The notes below the pieces were generated by a model. That model was not told where the DNA came from. It did no database searches and worked only from the letters and a program-made list of their open reading frames with translations. Below, piece after piece: positions 1 through 10,423 of a DNA stretch of 64,000 nt (position 1 is the first letter of the stretch; each line of letters opens with the position of its first letter). Where the stretch lies: the IMG/VR virus record IMGVR_UViG_3300035183_000733, positions 1-64,000 of that record; one strand, written 5' to 3'. A program made the translations under genes and the position numbers.

Positions 1-139
1 GAGATCGGTACCGGGCAAGATCCTGTACAGGTCATTCTCGTGGGACGAGAACAGCGGACAGGGTGACTCTGACGAGTTTGGGGACATCCGTGTAGGCAGG
101 GTGGAATAGAGGTGGAATACAAAAAAAATACTAAAAGAA

Positions 140-1411
140 ATGAAAATTCAGAGGTTCAACGATTTCGTAAACGAGTACAAGAAGTTCGGAGAGTTCGAGG
201 GCGCACTGCGCTTCGGCGACTGGTCCGACTTCGCGAAGAGGCTGTCCGCCACCACGCAGAAGGGCTTCACCACCATAGAGGAGCTCCTCGACGGGCTCGG
301 CATGGACAAGCAGACATACGACAAGGTGAAGCGCAACATGATAGACAACTGGATCGACTCCGTGTCCAAGAGCCTGCTGCACGGCATATCCGGCGTGGAC
401 CTCGAGATACCAGAGAAGGGTGATGTGATATTCAAGGACGAGAAGGCACAGACGAGGTTCATAATAGTCGGCGGACCAGGCGCTGCCACGAGGAGCATCA
501 TGGGCGACGTCAACTCGACAAGGGGCCTCGGCCTCTGGGGCTACCCGAGCATAGTGGACGCCAAGAGCGGCAAGCCTGTGAGCAGGTTCATGATGGATGT
601 ACCGCTGTCGCTCGACTCGAAGAAGCAGGACGCGCTCGACGAGCTGCTACAGTACATCTGGGTCTACGTGTTCTACAACGACCATCTCAAGAAGAGCAAG
701 GGGCTGAAGCTCCCGAAGGTGCTCTACCGCGGTATACGCGTCGCCAACTTATTCGACACGCCAGAGATAAGGGCGGAGCTTGACAAAATCAAGAATTGGG
801 GGGTAGAAGGGGAGTTCAAGCGGGAGAAGAACACCAAGATGTGCACGGACGTCGTGATAAACTACATACTAAAGAACGGGTTATCTAAGATAGCCGACGG
901 CAACTACCTCAGCTTCACAGGAAGCAGGTCGATAGCCGAGTACTTCGCGCACTCGGAGGGCATAATACTCAAGGTGGACCCTAAGAAGGTCCGAGTGGTA
1001 ACCTCGCCGCTGACCGACGAGCAGTTTGCTGAGCCAAACCCGGCCACGGGCAAGAAGGAGCAGGAGTACATAGTCATGCTGCCCGACGACTACAAGTTCG
1101 AGAGGGACGACATCATCATAAGCAGCGAAGAGTACCTCGTTGGTGCCAACAGCCCGCTCGCGGTCGCGTTCTTCGGACACGACAACAAGAAGGCGGAGTA
1201 CGACTTCGAGCACGACGGCAAGAAGTACCACATCGAGACGTGGTACTCGTGGACGAGCAACACGTCAGGCAAGCTGGCATACAAGATCGACGGCAACTGG
1301 ATGGACGGAATAAAGCAGATAAAGAGGGACTACGGGTTCGACCCAACTCCGACCGAGAAGAACCTGGACAAGATAACTAACTTCCAGATAAAGCCGAAGA
1401 AATCCTTTTAA
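140..1411 (+). CDS. ADP-ribosyltransferase-like protein with capsid-targeting-like N-terminus
   Basis: LYRG...YLSFT...AEYF...EQEY R-S-E ART motifs; starts MKIQRFNDFVNE. Confidence 0.65.
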   Translation: MKIQRFNDFVNEYKKFGEFEGALRFGDWSDFAKRLSATTQKGFTTIEELLDGLGMDKQTYDKVKRNMIDNWIDSVSKSLLHGISGVDLEIPEKGDVIFKDEKAQTRFIIVGGPGAATRSIMGDVNSTRGLGLWGYPSIVDAKSGKPVSRFMMDVPLSLDSKKQDALDELLQYIWVYVFYNDHLKKSKGLKLPKVLYRGIRVANLFDTPEIRAELDKIKNWGVEGEFKREKNTKMCTDVVINYILKNGLSKIADGNYLSFTGSRSIAEYFAHSEGIILKVDPKKVRVVTSPLTDEQFAEPNPATGKKEQEYIVMLPDDYKFERDDIIISSEEYLVGANSPLAVAFFGHDNKKAEYDFEHDGKKYHIETWYSWTSNTSGKLAYKIDGNWMDGIKQIKRDYGFDPTPTEKNLDKITNFQIKPKKSF

Positions 1412-1431
1412 ACGAGGACGGTACAATTGAA

Positions 1432-2156
1432 ATGAAGAACATCCTCACGTACGAACTGTTCGAGAAGAAGAAATACCACCAGGAGAGTCTGCCGTGGAGA
1501 AGTTCTTCAGGGTCGATCCGAAGATCAAGAGCATACTCGACAGCGTATTGTTTCCCGCGCAAAACATAGTGAACAAGGGTAGTTCGAGAGTGCCGGCAGT
1601 CAAACACAGGATACACAACAACATGCTTGTCGACTATAAGTTCAAGGGCGGTCCCAACTTCGTGTCAGCAGAGAGATTCAATAAATTAGCGGAGGGCAAG
1701 ACCGTGTTGTACAGGGGCGTACAGAGCGAGAAATACAGGGACGACCTCGAGTACGATAATGCCAAGTTCAGAGGCTCCGTGAACGTGTACCAGGGCACTT
1801 GGGTAACGGACGACAAGGAGTATGCCGCTACATTTCACTACGACAAGGAACCGCTTAGGCTTCTCCTTAAAGACGACACGAAAATAATAGACGACGACGA
1901 GGCTAACAAACTATGGGGTGATTTTGCACAAGAGATGACCCGCGCAGAAAATGCCGGCCTCGAGATGGATGATGAGCGCGAGTCCAAGACAGTGCTGTAT
2001 CAGGCGAAATACTTAAAGGACAACCTCGACCCCACATTCCTCGCTATCATGAAAGGATACGACGCAGTGAGACTATACCAGAACCCGAATAAATCCAAGC
2101 AAGAAGTCACGGTCTATGTCGTATTCAACAGGAGCAAACTAATAATAAGCAGATGA
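1432..2156 (+). CDS. ART-like protein (apparent frameshift near 1490)
   Basis: ATG 1432 MKNILTYELFE; main frame 1494-2156 has LYRGV, GTWVT..YA, KGYDAV, VVFNRSKL. Confidence 0.5.
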
Positions 2157-2538
2157 AGAATTTGAAACTATACGAGGACTTCAGCGTTAACGAGGGCGTG
2201 ACCCACCGTAAGCTCGTGCTGTACCACGGCGTCAAGGATCCGAAGAACGTGACCTCACCAAGATCAAGACCAACTGGAACAACGACCACGCGGTGTCTAC
2301 TATGACCACGCCGAAGTCGGTCGCGAGGTTCTTCGGAAGAAACATAACAATACTGCGCATAGAGTTTGAGGGCAACGTGGGAACACCGGGCGACGCGCGT
2401 TCGTATGCCAGCACGCCTCAACAGTACACCAGGGACGTAGTCGACTCCGGCATAGACGCGGTAATGCTCGACGGAGAGGGCGCAAAGCGGGTGTTCATAT
2501 ACAACACTAAGGCGATAAAAAAAATAACAAAGATGTGA
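2153..2538 (+). CDS. small ART-like protein (frameshift near 2260)
   Basis: MKNLKLYEDFSVNE...VLYHG, continues in ORF 2293-2538. Confidence 0.45.
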
Positions 2539-2756
2539 TGAAGAATATCAAGACATTTGAAAACTTCATGGGTGACCCGCTCGAGATACTCGTGGGTGTA
2601 GCAAGGAAAATCGAGAAGAGTCTCGATAAGTCGAAGCAGATCAATAAGGCAGACCTACAAAAGATAGTGACGGACTCGGGAGAGGCCGCGATGTCGTCGA
2701 AGCAGATAGACATGCTGGCCGACATCCTCACGGACCGCGGATACGAAATAAAATGA
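2538..2756 (+). CDS. small hypothetical protein with capsid-targeting-like leader
   Basis: MKNIKTFENF; ATGA-coupled to neighbours. Confidence 0.7.
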   Translation: MKNIKTFENFMGDPLEILVGVARKIEKSLDKSKQINKADLQKIVTDSGEAAMSSKQIDMLADILTDRGYEIK

Positions 2757-3265
2757 GGCACCTGCAGACATACCAGATGTTCGAGTCGTGGAAGCCTAAG
2801 TTCGACGTAAAGACCATATTCGACGCCATACCATGGTACGACGCAAACCGTGATCTGTACCCGGGATACAGCGAGGAGGAGGACACCAACAAGGCGTCGG
2901 ACGAGTACTGGTTCGACACGAAGGAGAAGACAGAGCAGTACGCAGCGGATCTCATAGACCTGTTCGACTCACTGCCAGATCCGGTGCCCGTGTACAGGGC
3001 GATCAAGGCGAAGTCGGAAGCGGACATAAACCTGGAGATGCCGGGCGAGTCGTGAAGCTTCGACAGGGACTCCGCCGTGAACTTCGGTAGGCACAACGGG
3101 TCCAACTTCCTCCTGACTGTGAAGATAAATAAGGAGGACGTGAACTGGGCCGGAACGATAAAGGCGTACGTGCTCTTCTCGGGTTCGTACTCCGAGGACG
3201 ACGAGAACGAGCTGGTGATAGACGACCAAGATAAGCTGCAGGAAATAAAAAATAGAGAAACTAAG
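2753..3265 (+). CDS. ART-like protein interrupted by in-frame TGA (3053-3055)
   Basis: VYRAI...GES*SFDRDSAVNFG...ENELVI; frame stays open after the TGA. Confidence 0.5.
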
Positions 3266-4300
3266 GTGAAGCACCTCAGGTTATACGAGAACTACGTCAA
3301 CGAGAAGATGGGCGTGCCGGGAGGCCTGGAGAAGCAGGCGGACGGCGTGACCGTGCTCGTCGTGCAGGAGTACGTGGAGATGATCGGCAACGACACCGTA
3401 TACAGGCCGGTGTGGGCGACCGTGGGCGGCGACGGCTACCCGGATGGCGAGATATTTATCAAGCTCTACATAAACAAGAAGGACACGTCGAGGATATACG
3501 TCGAGGGCGGGATCAAGTCCCAGACGATGAAGATTGACAAGGACGGCTTCACCATAGACATGCAGGTGACCATGACAGGCGAGGCCACCGACATCTGGAA
3601 TGCCCGCAAGAGGGGATCGCTCGGCGACCCGTTCGTGCTGGACCCGGCGCTCGAGAAGGAGATAAGGCGCGTGGTCTACCACGAGCTGACCCACGTCTAC
3701 GAGGCATACGTCAGGAAGGCGACCGGCGCGGTGGAGCTGCACAACACGGAGACGATGGTCTACGACGCAATGGCCAAGGAGATACGGAAGCGGTTCGGGT
3801 ACAAGCTCGCGACCAAGCCGATAATGGACTTCATGTTCCTCGTGTACCTGGCGCAGGCGACGGAGGTCTCCGCGAGGGTGCCCGAGGCGTACTCGATAAT
3901 AAAGGACATACCGGACCCGCACGAGCGGGAGAAGATAATAAGGGCATCGTCCATGTGGAAGCAGGCCGAGGACATGATCAACTACAACGCGCAGGACTAC
4001 ATCGACAGGGCCAAGCACGACGTCACGCTCGAGATGTGGCCGGAGTTCAGGAGGCTGATGTCCGACAACATGGGCGCGCTCCTGAGCATGATCGACCGCA
4101 AGGCCAAGGACTACATGATCCTGTCCAGGAGGGACGGGCAGGAGGACAGGTTGAAGGCCAGGGAGCTGGTCACGCCGAGCATGCGCAAGGGCCTCGAAGC
4201 GTCGCAGGACATAGAGAGGTTCATGCACCAGTGGCAGGGGATAATAAACAGGGCCGGCAGGAAGCTGAGGGCCAAGCTGAGCAAGCTAACAACTATATGA
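3266..4300 (+). CDS. HEXXH zinc-metalloprotease-like virion cargo protein
   Basis: GTG 3266 gives (M)KHLRLYENYVNEKMGVP; VVYHELTHVYE; paralog of 37877-38986. Confidence 0.6.
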   Translation: MKHLRLYENYVNEKMGVPGGLEKQADGVTVLVVQEYVEMIGNDTVYRPVWATVGGDGYPDGEIFIKLYINKKDTSRIYVEGGIKSQTMKIDKDGFTIDMQVTMTGEATDIWNARKRGSLGDPFVLDPALEKEIRRVVYHELTHVYEAYVRKATGAVELHNTETMVYDAMAKEIRKRFGYKLATKPIMDFMFLVYLAQATEVSARVPEAYSIIKDIPDPHEREKIIRASSMWKQAEDMINYNAQDYIDRAKHDVTLEMWPEFRRLMSDNMGALLSMIDRKAKDYMILSRRDGQEDRLKARELVTPSMRKGLEASQDIERFMHQWQGIINRAGRKLRAKLSKLTTI

Positions 4301-4329
4301 GATAGGCCGCAGGAAATAAATAAACTGAA

Positions 4330-4759
4330 ATGAGACACATCAAACTATACGAGGACTTCAAGGAGCAGAAGACGTACTACACGACCTCGTCGCCCATGAG
4401 CATATCCGAGTTCGTGGAGACCGAGGTGGAGGATCGCGGCAACTACGAGCAGGACCAGGTCGACGCCTGGATCGAGCAGTACGGGATAACCGACGACTCC
4501 GAGCTGCTGTGGATCACGACTACGCCGTGGATGGCCGCGAGGTACCAGATGAACGCCGAGGACTGGCACGACGCCGAGAGGATATACAACGCCAACAAGA
4601 GTGACTACCCGGTTCAGACGGTCGACGCGTCGGAGGGGACCATAGTGGAGGAATCCGACGACGGCGACGACGGATACATAATGATACTGAAGAAATCACC
4701 TGAGGAAGTACAACGACTTCGCCGACGACGACGGATACATAATGATACTGAAGAAATGA
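4330..4759 (+). CDS. hypothetical cargo protein (fused to next gene via tandem duplication)
   Basis: MRHIKLYEDFKE; natural end DDGYIMILKK seen in the duplicated unit. Confidence 0.55.
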
Positions 4760-4791
4760 ACCACCTGAGGAAGTACAACGACTTCGCCGAC
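4666..4791 (+). repeat. 61/65-bp tandem duplication spanning a stop/start overlap
   Basis: GACGACGGATACATAATGATACTGAAGAAAT(GAAC)CACCTGAGGAAGTACAACGACTTCGCCGAC twice. Confidence 0.9.
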
Positions 4792-5580
4792 GACGGCGAC
4801 GAAATGAAGGTGCACGCTAAGAAGGTGCACGTCGCGCAGAAGGAGGACGAGTCCGTCAAGGCGTTCAACGACGCAGGACCCATGAAGATAGCGAACGGGT
4901 GGATGCTGTACCTCGACGAGGATAAGCAGATGCCGGTTGGTTCCGCCTTCATCAACATCAACACCAACGGCGCGCTCGCGCTGAGGGAGGTTGAGATAGC
5001 GAAGGGGATGCACAACAAGGGCATCGGTACCAAGTTCATGGAGCAACTGTGTAAGGCAGCGGACGACCATGGCTGGAAGATAGTGCTGACGCCGGACACA
5101 TACAAGGGCTCCGCAATGGGCAGGCTCAAGGAGTTCTACAAAAGGTTCGGGTTTGTTGACAACAAGGGGCGCAATAAGGACTGGTCCGTGCGGGAGACGA
5201 TGTACAGGGACGCCGGATCACTGGAGGAGAAGCTGGCGGTCGTGCCGCCGGACATAAGGAAGAAGCGCGTTGAGCAGAACTCGAAGATAGCCAAGGAGCT
5301 CGGACTGCGATTCGAGGGGGACTACGTCCAGCTGTACCACGGGACGAGCAAGGCAAACCTTAGCAAGATATACAAGTCCGGCAAGTTCAAAAGCGGAACG
5401 TGGTTCGCCACAGATCTGGAGACCGCGCAGAAGTACGCGAAGGCCAATCACAACACGAGCGCGGTAGACACCGTGTGGGTGTACATGGGCTCTCTGGTGT
5501 ACAACGGTTACTTCTCGAGTCAGGAGGAACTGTACTTTGGCAACAACAGATATTCGCCGAAGGACATAATATATAAGTAG
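4756..5580 (+). CDS. GNAT acetyltransferase + ART-like domain fusion
   Basis: MNHLRKYNDF leader; KGIGTKFMEQL...FYKRFGF (GNAT); LYHGT...GTWFATDLETAQKYA (ART-like). Confidence 0.65.
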   Translation: MNHLRKYNDFADDGDEMKVHAKKVHVAQKEDESVKAFNDAGPMKIANGWMLYLDEDKQMPVGSAFININTNGALALREVEIAKGMHNKGIGTKFMEQLCKAADDHGWKIVLTPDTYKGSAMGRLKEFYKRFGFVDNKGRNKDWSVRETMYRDAGSLEEKLAVVPPDIRKKRVEQNSKIAKELGLRFEGDYVQLYHGTSKANLSKIYKSGKFKSGTWFATDLETAQKYAKANHNTSAVDTVWVYMGSLVYNGYFSSQEELYFGNNRYSPKDIIYK

Positions 5581-5598
5581 TACTAAACAGATAAAACA

Positions 5599-5892
5599 AT
5601 GAGAGACGACAACTTTGAGGATTTTTTCGACGAGGAACTTAATCACGGGCGAGGTCACACTATGTGGCCAGAGTTCGACAAGCTCAAGACGCAGATATGC
5701 GTGTTCCACTTCCTGTGGGACGAGGGTTACATCAACGAGGGTGAGTTCAAGCCGGAGGTCACCATCGACGAGGTCAACGACGCGGTCGAGGCAGAGTTCG
5801 GCATCAAGAACTACTTCGACGAGGGTCTGGAGTCCGCTACGGATGACATGCTCAACGACATGAGGAACTTCGCCGAAGCGTACATGAGATAA
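5599..5892 (+). CDS. acidic hypothetical protein
   Basis: ORF with A-rich start context. Confidence 0.65.
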   Translation: MRDDNFEDFFDEELNHGRGHTMWPEFDKLKTQICVFHFLWDEGYINEGEFKPEVTIDEVNDAVEAEFGIKNYFDEGLESATDDMLNDMRNFAEAYMR

Positions 5893-5911
5893 AAATAAAG
5901 CGTAGCCACAG

Positions 5912-6704
5912 GTGGGAAACATTAAGAAATTCGGCGATTTCGTGAACGAGCCGAGGAGCCAACTCACGATACCCTTCAAGGAGAAGCGTTAGGGCAAGAC
6001 CGTGCATGGCCACCTCGAGGACGCCTTGATAGACCTGAAGGCAGGCAACCCCAAGAGCTACTTCTCGAAGTCTAACCCGGACGCCGAGAAAAGAGAAACA
6101 TTACGACAAGACGCTTGACAGGGTCATCGACGACCTGGACACGAGCACCGAGTATGTGTACAACTTCCTCGTGAACTACGACCCGAACGACGAGGACTAC
6201 GAGGACTATTACTACAATTGGACGCTCAAGGACGACGAGGACTACCTCGACGGCGACCACACGTTCGACCTGGTCAAGTACCTGGTCGAGAACACCCGGT
6301 ACGTCAAGGACATATTCACCGAGGAGGGATTCAAAGAATTCAAGAAATTATCGATGGGCAAGTTCGACGAGGACATTGCCGACATGCAGTACACGGTGAG
6401 GGACGCTTACGACAAGGACGAGGACGGCCTGATAGACTGCTGGAGGACCGTGTTGTACACCAAGGGCAAAGAGAAGGACATCTACCTGAACATAATGAAG
6501 CACGGAGGTGTAGGATTATACTGAGCATGGGACCAGGATAAGGCCGAAGCCTACTGGGGCGAGTCTGGCGGGCACTCGATAACGCTGCACGGGAAGGTGG
6601 CGGTCGAGGACGTCGACAAGATCCTCGTGATAGGATACCACGACGTCATAGAAAAGTACACGGAATTCGAGGAGCCTTACGTGGTAAAAGTTGGAAACGA
6701 TTAG
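5912..6704 (+). pseudogene. ART-like cargo gene broken by TAG (5990), a frameshift (~6090) and TGA (6522)
   Basis: GTG GNIKKFGDFVNE leader; GVGLY*AWDQDKAEAYWG motif continues to TAG 6702-6704. Confidence 0.45.
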
Positions 6705-6711
6705 ATATATA
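6704..6711 (+). promoter_or_regulatory. phage promoter motif GATATATA
   Basis: same octamer upstream of genes or tRNA operons at 19213, 20519, 23461, 30858, 35843, 42644, 45369, 46534, 50156, 50221, 52223 and on - strand at 37686, 63644. Confidence 0.65.
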
Positions 6712-6739
6712 AACTATACTTAAAAAATATAACACGGAT

Positions 6740-7336
6740 ATGGAAAAGATAACCCTGCAACAGGATGTGTCCAAGAAATTGAAGAACCTGAAAATGTTCG
6801 AGGACTTCAACGTCAACGAAGCCGACGTGGACGCAGTTGCTGCGCGCAAGCTGCGCGTGACAAAGGACTTCAAGGACCAGGTCACCGCTATGATGGAGAT
6901 GTCCAAGAAGTACCAGGCGATGGAGGAGGAGCTCAAGAAGCTCGGGAAGCTGCTCGGGAAGCAAGAGGGCGAGGTACAGAAGGTCCTCGAGAAGTACGGC
7001 GCAGTCTTCGTAGAGATAGACTCTGCGATTGGAAAGATCGCTATAGAGCTCAAGGACAAACCCGGCAAGACCACTAAATCGTACAAGGAGATCTCCGAGG
7101 CGCTCGAGGAGCTGCTGCCTAAGACCGAAGAGGTTGTGAAGCAGACCACGGCGATATACGACAAGTTCACCAAGCACAACCCGGACAAGAAGGAGCTCCA
7201 GTACAAGGTGCAGGAGGGACTCATGGATTGGATCAAGTCCGTCGGCGGATGGTTCAAGAGCGCAATCGACAAGCTCAAGGGGCTTCTCCCTTCGTTCGAG
7301 AAGAGCGCGGACAAACTCAAAAAGGCGGTAGCATGA
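6740..7336 (+). CDS. coiled-coil protein with internal capsid-targeting-like motif
   Basis: LKNLKMFEDFNVNE at residues 14-27; helical K/E-rich. Confidence 0.75.
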   Translation: MEKITLQQDVSKKLKNLKMFEDFNVNEADVDAVAARKLRVTKDFKDQVTAMMEMSKKYQAMEEELKKLGKLLGKQEGEVQKVLEKYGAVFVEIDSAIGKIAIELKDKPGKTTKSYKEISEALEELLPKTEEVVKQTTAIYDKFTKHNPDKKELQYKVQEGLMDWIKSVGGWFKSAIDKLKGLLPSFEKSADKLKKAVA

Positions 7337-7562
7337 AGGACCTAAAACTATTCGAAGAGCACAGCGACGCAATTTTATACAGGAGGAAGTAATGGGATGG
7401 ATGCCGACATTCGGGTACGTTAAGAGCGCTTTCAAGGACAACAAGGAGGCTTTTAAGTTCATGAAGAAAAAGAAGGGCTCGGTTAAAGTTGGGGAGCTCG
7501 GCAAGGCGGCCGAATCCATAAACGCACTGGTAGACGTAAACAAGCAGACTAAGCCGCTATGA
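7333..7562 (+). CDS. small cargo protein (frameshifted)
   Basis: MKDLKLFEE start; second frame runs to TGA 7562. Confidence 0.4.
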
Positions 7563-7627
7563 AGCACTTAAAACTATTTGAGTACTTCTCAATCAACGAA
7601 GATTACAAAAATCGCACTAAAGAATGA
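7559..7627 (+). CDS. 22-aa mini-ORF that is almost only the targeting leader
   Basis: MKHLKLFEYFSINEDYKNRTKE*. Confidence 0.5.
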   Translation: MKHLKLFEYFSINEDYKNRTKE

Positions 7628-7981
7628 AGCACCTGAAACTATACGAGCAGTTCTTAAACGAGAACAAGAAGGTAGCGGGAGATTCAGTAGCCGTAACCGT
7701 CTAACACTGGCACTATACAGGATCCGTCAACAGTAATGAAGCCCGCCTCATAGGGGAAGGCGAAGCAGCTGAAGATGGTTGTATTCGCAGAGGGCAGCTC
7801 GAACATAGACAACCCGGTGTACTTTGTGATGGACGAGGACGAGAACGAGGACAACTACAAGGTGGTAATCGACGAGAAGATGGACCTCTGGTACAACAAC
7901 CCGCATAAGGCCACAAAGGCCGAGATGGATGAGTACTACACGGAGTGGATTCCAAAAAAGGAAATGGTTGAGTACAAATGA
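7624..7981 (+). CDS. small cargo protein (frameshifted; joins ORF 7775-7981)
   Basis: MKHLKLYEQFLNE start; acidic C-terminal ORF. Confidence 0.45.
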
Positions 7982-8088
7982 AGCACCTTAAACTATTCGA
8001 GTTATAGAGATCAGATACTTGGCGACATGCTATAAAGAGTGTCCTTTAGGACCGGCGGGATCAATAGGTATTCGCTACACCTACCCGT

Positions 8089-8112
8089 GAAGACCCGCAT
8101 CGGCGGGTCTTC
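8089..8112. terminator. bidirectional intrinsic terminator
   Basis: GAAGACCCGC-ATCG-GCGGGTCTTC between convergent gene blocks. Confidence 0.7.
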
Positions 8113-8203
8113 TTGTTATATGCGCTGTATGACCTCTGTGACATCAAAGAATTCGCTACTCTTCTCACGAACTCCATACTGGTTTAGCGTAGTGCTTCTA
8201 AGG

Positions 8204-8767
8204 TCATGCGAAGTGTTTTATGTATTGACTTATCATCAGTGAGATCAGCATCATCTGCACCAGCATCAGTACGGAGAACGTGGCGACTGCGAGGAGAATA
8301 CCGCCCGTGGACTTTCTAACCGCAATAGCGACGTCCTCGGCGTCAATAGTGGACATCTGGAAGCCCTTGGCCAGGGCCTGCAGCTTGATGCCTATCACGG
8401 TCGCGCGCAGCGAGTGCCGCCTGCACAGGGCGTACGACAAGAACAGCAGCAGAATCGTCGGCCACAGCATTACGTCGGCCTGCCCATCCGGCATCTGCCC
8501 CTTGTCCTCCATTGCCAGCTTCATGGCGTGCATGTCCACGGCCCTTATGAGCTGCACCACGAATAGGAGCGCACCGAGCACAAGCATTATCAGGCAGTGT
8601 AACAGCGGGCGCCTCGGCGGCGGAACGATGCCGAACAGGAACTCTGTACGCAGGTCGTGCTGTTCCACGCTTACGGCTTCGTCTACGAATGCGCTCACCT
8701 CATCTTTGATGACCTGATCCTCCTCGGGGGTCAGCTGTTGCTTTTGTTCTTCGTTATTCTGGTTCAT
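8204..8767 (-). CDS. membrane protein
   Basis: three hydrophobic segments. Confidence 0.7.
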   Translation of the reverse strand: MNQNNEEQKQQLTPEEDQVIKDEVSAFVDEAVSVEQHDLRTEFLFGIVPPPRRPLLHCLIMLVLGALLFVVQLIRAVDMHAMKLAMEDKGQMPDGQADVMLWPTILLLFLSYALCRRHSLRATVIGIKLQALAKGFQMSTIDAEDVAIAVRKSTGGILLAVATFSVLMLVQMMLISLMISQYIKHFA

Positions 8768-9455
8768 ATTCGAGTATGTTTCTCGCCTCTGTGGCGAAGT
8801 GTTTTTCTATAAGCATTATCTTGTAGTGGCGGTTCCACCCGCCGTACGAGCTGCGCCCGAGTATCTTGTCTATCTTCGGCCACAGGTTGTTGCGCTCGAT
8901 CTTGTTGGAGACCTTGGTTATCTCGCTCTCGAGCTGCGGGTCCAGTAGCAGCGAGTGCGTCTTGTAGTGCGGCTCGACCTTCTGGGCGAACACCCACTCC
9001 TTCTGGAACACCCACTGCCAGTATCCCACCTTCGGGTTCTTCGGGTTGGTCTGCTTCCACATCTGCTGGAACATCCCTTGCTGCCTCGTGGTCAGCAGGC
9101 CATCGGTTACTATCTTGTTCCACGTCTTGTGGTCGATCGGTTTGGTGAAGTGCTGCATCGGCAGCATCTTCTTCGTCTTGTAGTCCTTGTATTGGAACTT
9201 CTTGTCCCTGGAGTACTGTGTGTTCTGTAGGTACTTGAGCAGACCCCGGTAGATGTTGGCTTCGCGGCTCTTGGCGACGTCCTCCCGGAGTACGAAGTAC
9301 CGCTTGTAACCGCTGCGCACCGGCTTCTCGAGCTCCACCAGGCGCATGCTGCGCTTGGCCCTCATCAGGCGCATGTAACGCCTGTAAGTAGATATTAGAT
9401 CCTTCTCCGCCTTTGCCTTGTCGCGCCTCTGGCGCGACTTGTCGATGTCTTTCAT
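8754..9455 (-). CDS. basic hypothetical protein
   Basis: 233-aa K/R-rich ORF coupled to neighbours. Confidence 0.7.
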   Translation of the reverse strand: MKDIDKSRQRRDKAKAEKDLISTYRRYMRLMRAKRSMRLVELEKPVRSGYKRYFVLREDVAKSREANIYRGLLKYLQNTQYSRDKKFQYKDYKTKKMLPMQHFTKPIDHKTWNKIVTDGLLTTRQQGMFQQMWKQTNPKNPKVGYWQWVFQKEWVFAQKVEPHYKTHSLLLDPQLESEITKVSNKIERNNLWPKIDKILGRSSYGGWNRHYKIMLIEKHFATEARNILEYEPE

Positions 9456-10333
9456 TTCTTAGCCTTGTTAACGTGGTCGAGCCAGCTGTCCATCGACATT
9501 ATACCAACCGCGCCCATCTCGACCATCTCGTCCATGGAGTATCTGTCCCCTGCCTCGCTCTTGTAAATATAGCCGTTCTTCGTTTCGATTTTCTCGTACA
9601 GAACGCCGTTGTGCCCGAAGTAGTCCGGCAGCGGCGTGTTCTTGCGGCGCTTCTTCTTGTCGTGCCTAATGTTCACGACCTCCATTATCAGAGAGAACGC
9701 CATTGCCATGTACACGTAACCCTTTGGCACCTCGGTGCCGAGACCGTCGGCAAACAACGAGAAGCCTATGAGGATGAGGAACGACAGCGCGAGGATCTTT
9801 ATAGACGCGTGTTTCTCGACGACCCTGCTGATGGGCGTGAAGAAGAAGTACATGGCTATGATGGCCAGCAGCGTAGCACCGACCTGGATGTACCTGTCGT
9901 TCGACATGCCTATGGCCGTTATTGTGGAGTCAATGCTGAACACGAAGTCTATGAGCGCCATGGTCCCGACTATCTTGCCCATCGTGCCCGCCAGGCTCTG
10001 GTGCGATTCTTCTCTGTGCTCGACTTTGTTGTACAGTTCCTTGACGGCCTTGTACATCAGGAACAGGCCACCGGAAACCATTATCAGGTCGTGCAATGTT
10101 ATTTCCCTATTGACCACAGTGAGCAACGGTTTCTCCACAGCCGACAGGAACCCTGCCATCGAGATGAGTATCGTGTTCATCGCTATGGAGACGAGCACGC
10201 CGATTTTCCGGGCCCCGTTCCTTGTCTTCTTGTCCAGCTTGGACGTTACTATTGATAGGAATATCACGTTGTCCACGCTAAGGACTATCTGGAGCATCGC
10301 CAAGCCGAGGAATGATAGGATGAATTGCTGCAT
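9452..10333 (-). CDS. terC: TerC family membrane protein
   Basis: LQIVLSVDNVIF, DFVFSIDS, multiple TM helices. Confidence 0.85.
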   Translation of the reverse strand: MQQFILSFLGLAMLQIVLSVDNVIFLSIVTSKLDKKTRNGARKIGVLVSIAMNTILISMAGFLSAVEKPLLTVVNREITLHDLIMVSGGLFLMYKAVKELYNKVEHREESHQSLAGTMGKIVGTMALIDFVFSIDSTITAIGMSNDRYIQVGATLLAIIAMYFFFTPISRVVEKHASIKILALSFLILIGFSLFADGLGTEVPKGYVYMAMAFSLIMEVVNIRHDKKKRRKNTPLPDYFGHNGVLYEKIETKNGYIYKSEAGDRYSMDEMVEMGAVGIMSMDSWLDHVNKAKK

Positions 10334-10423
10334 ATCTCAAGTTTTGTTCGAGGTCAAAGATACGGATAAAATCCAAACTACGAAAGCCGACGATGGAATC
10401 TGTGGGAACATTTTTCGCTATAC

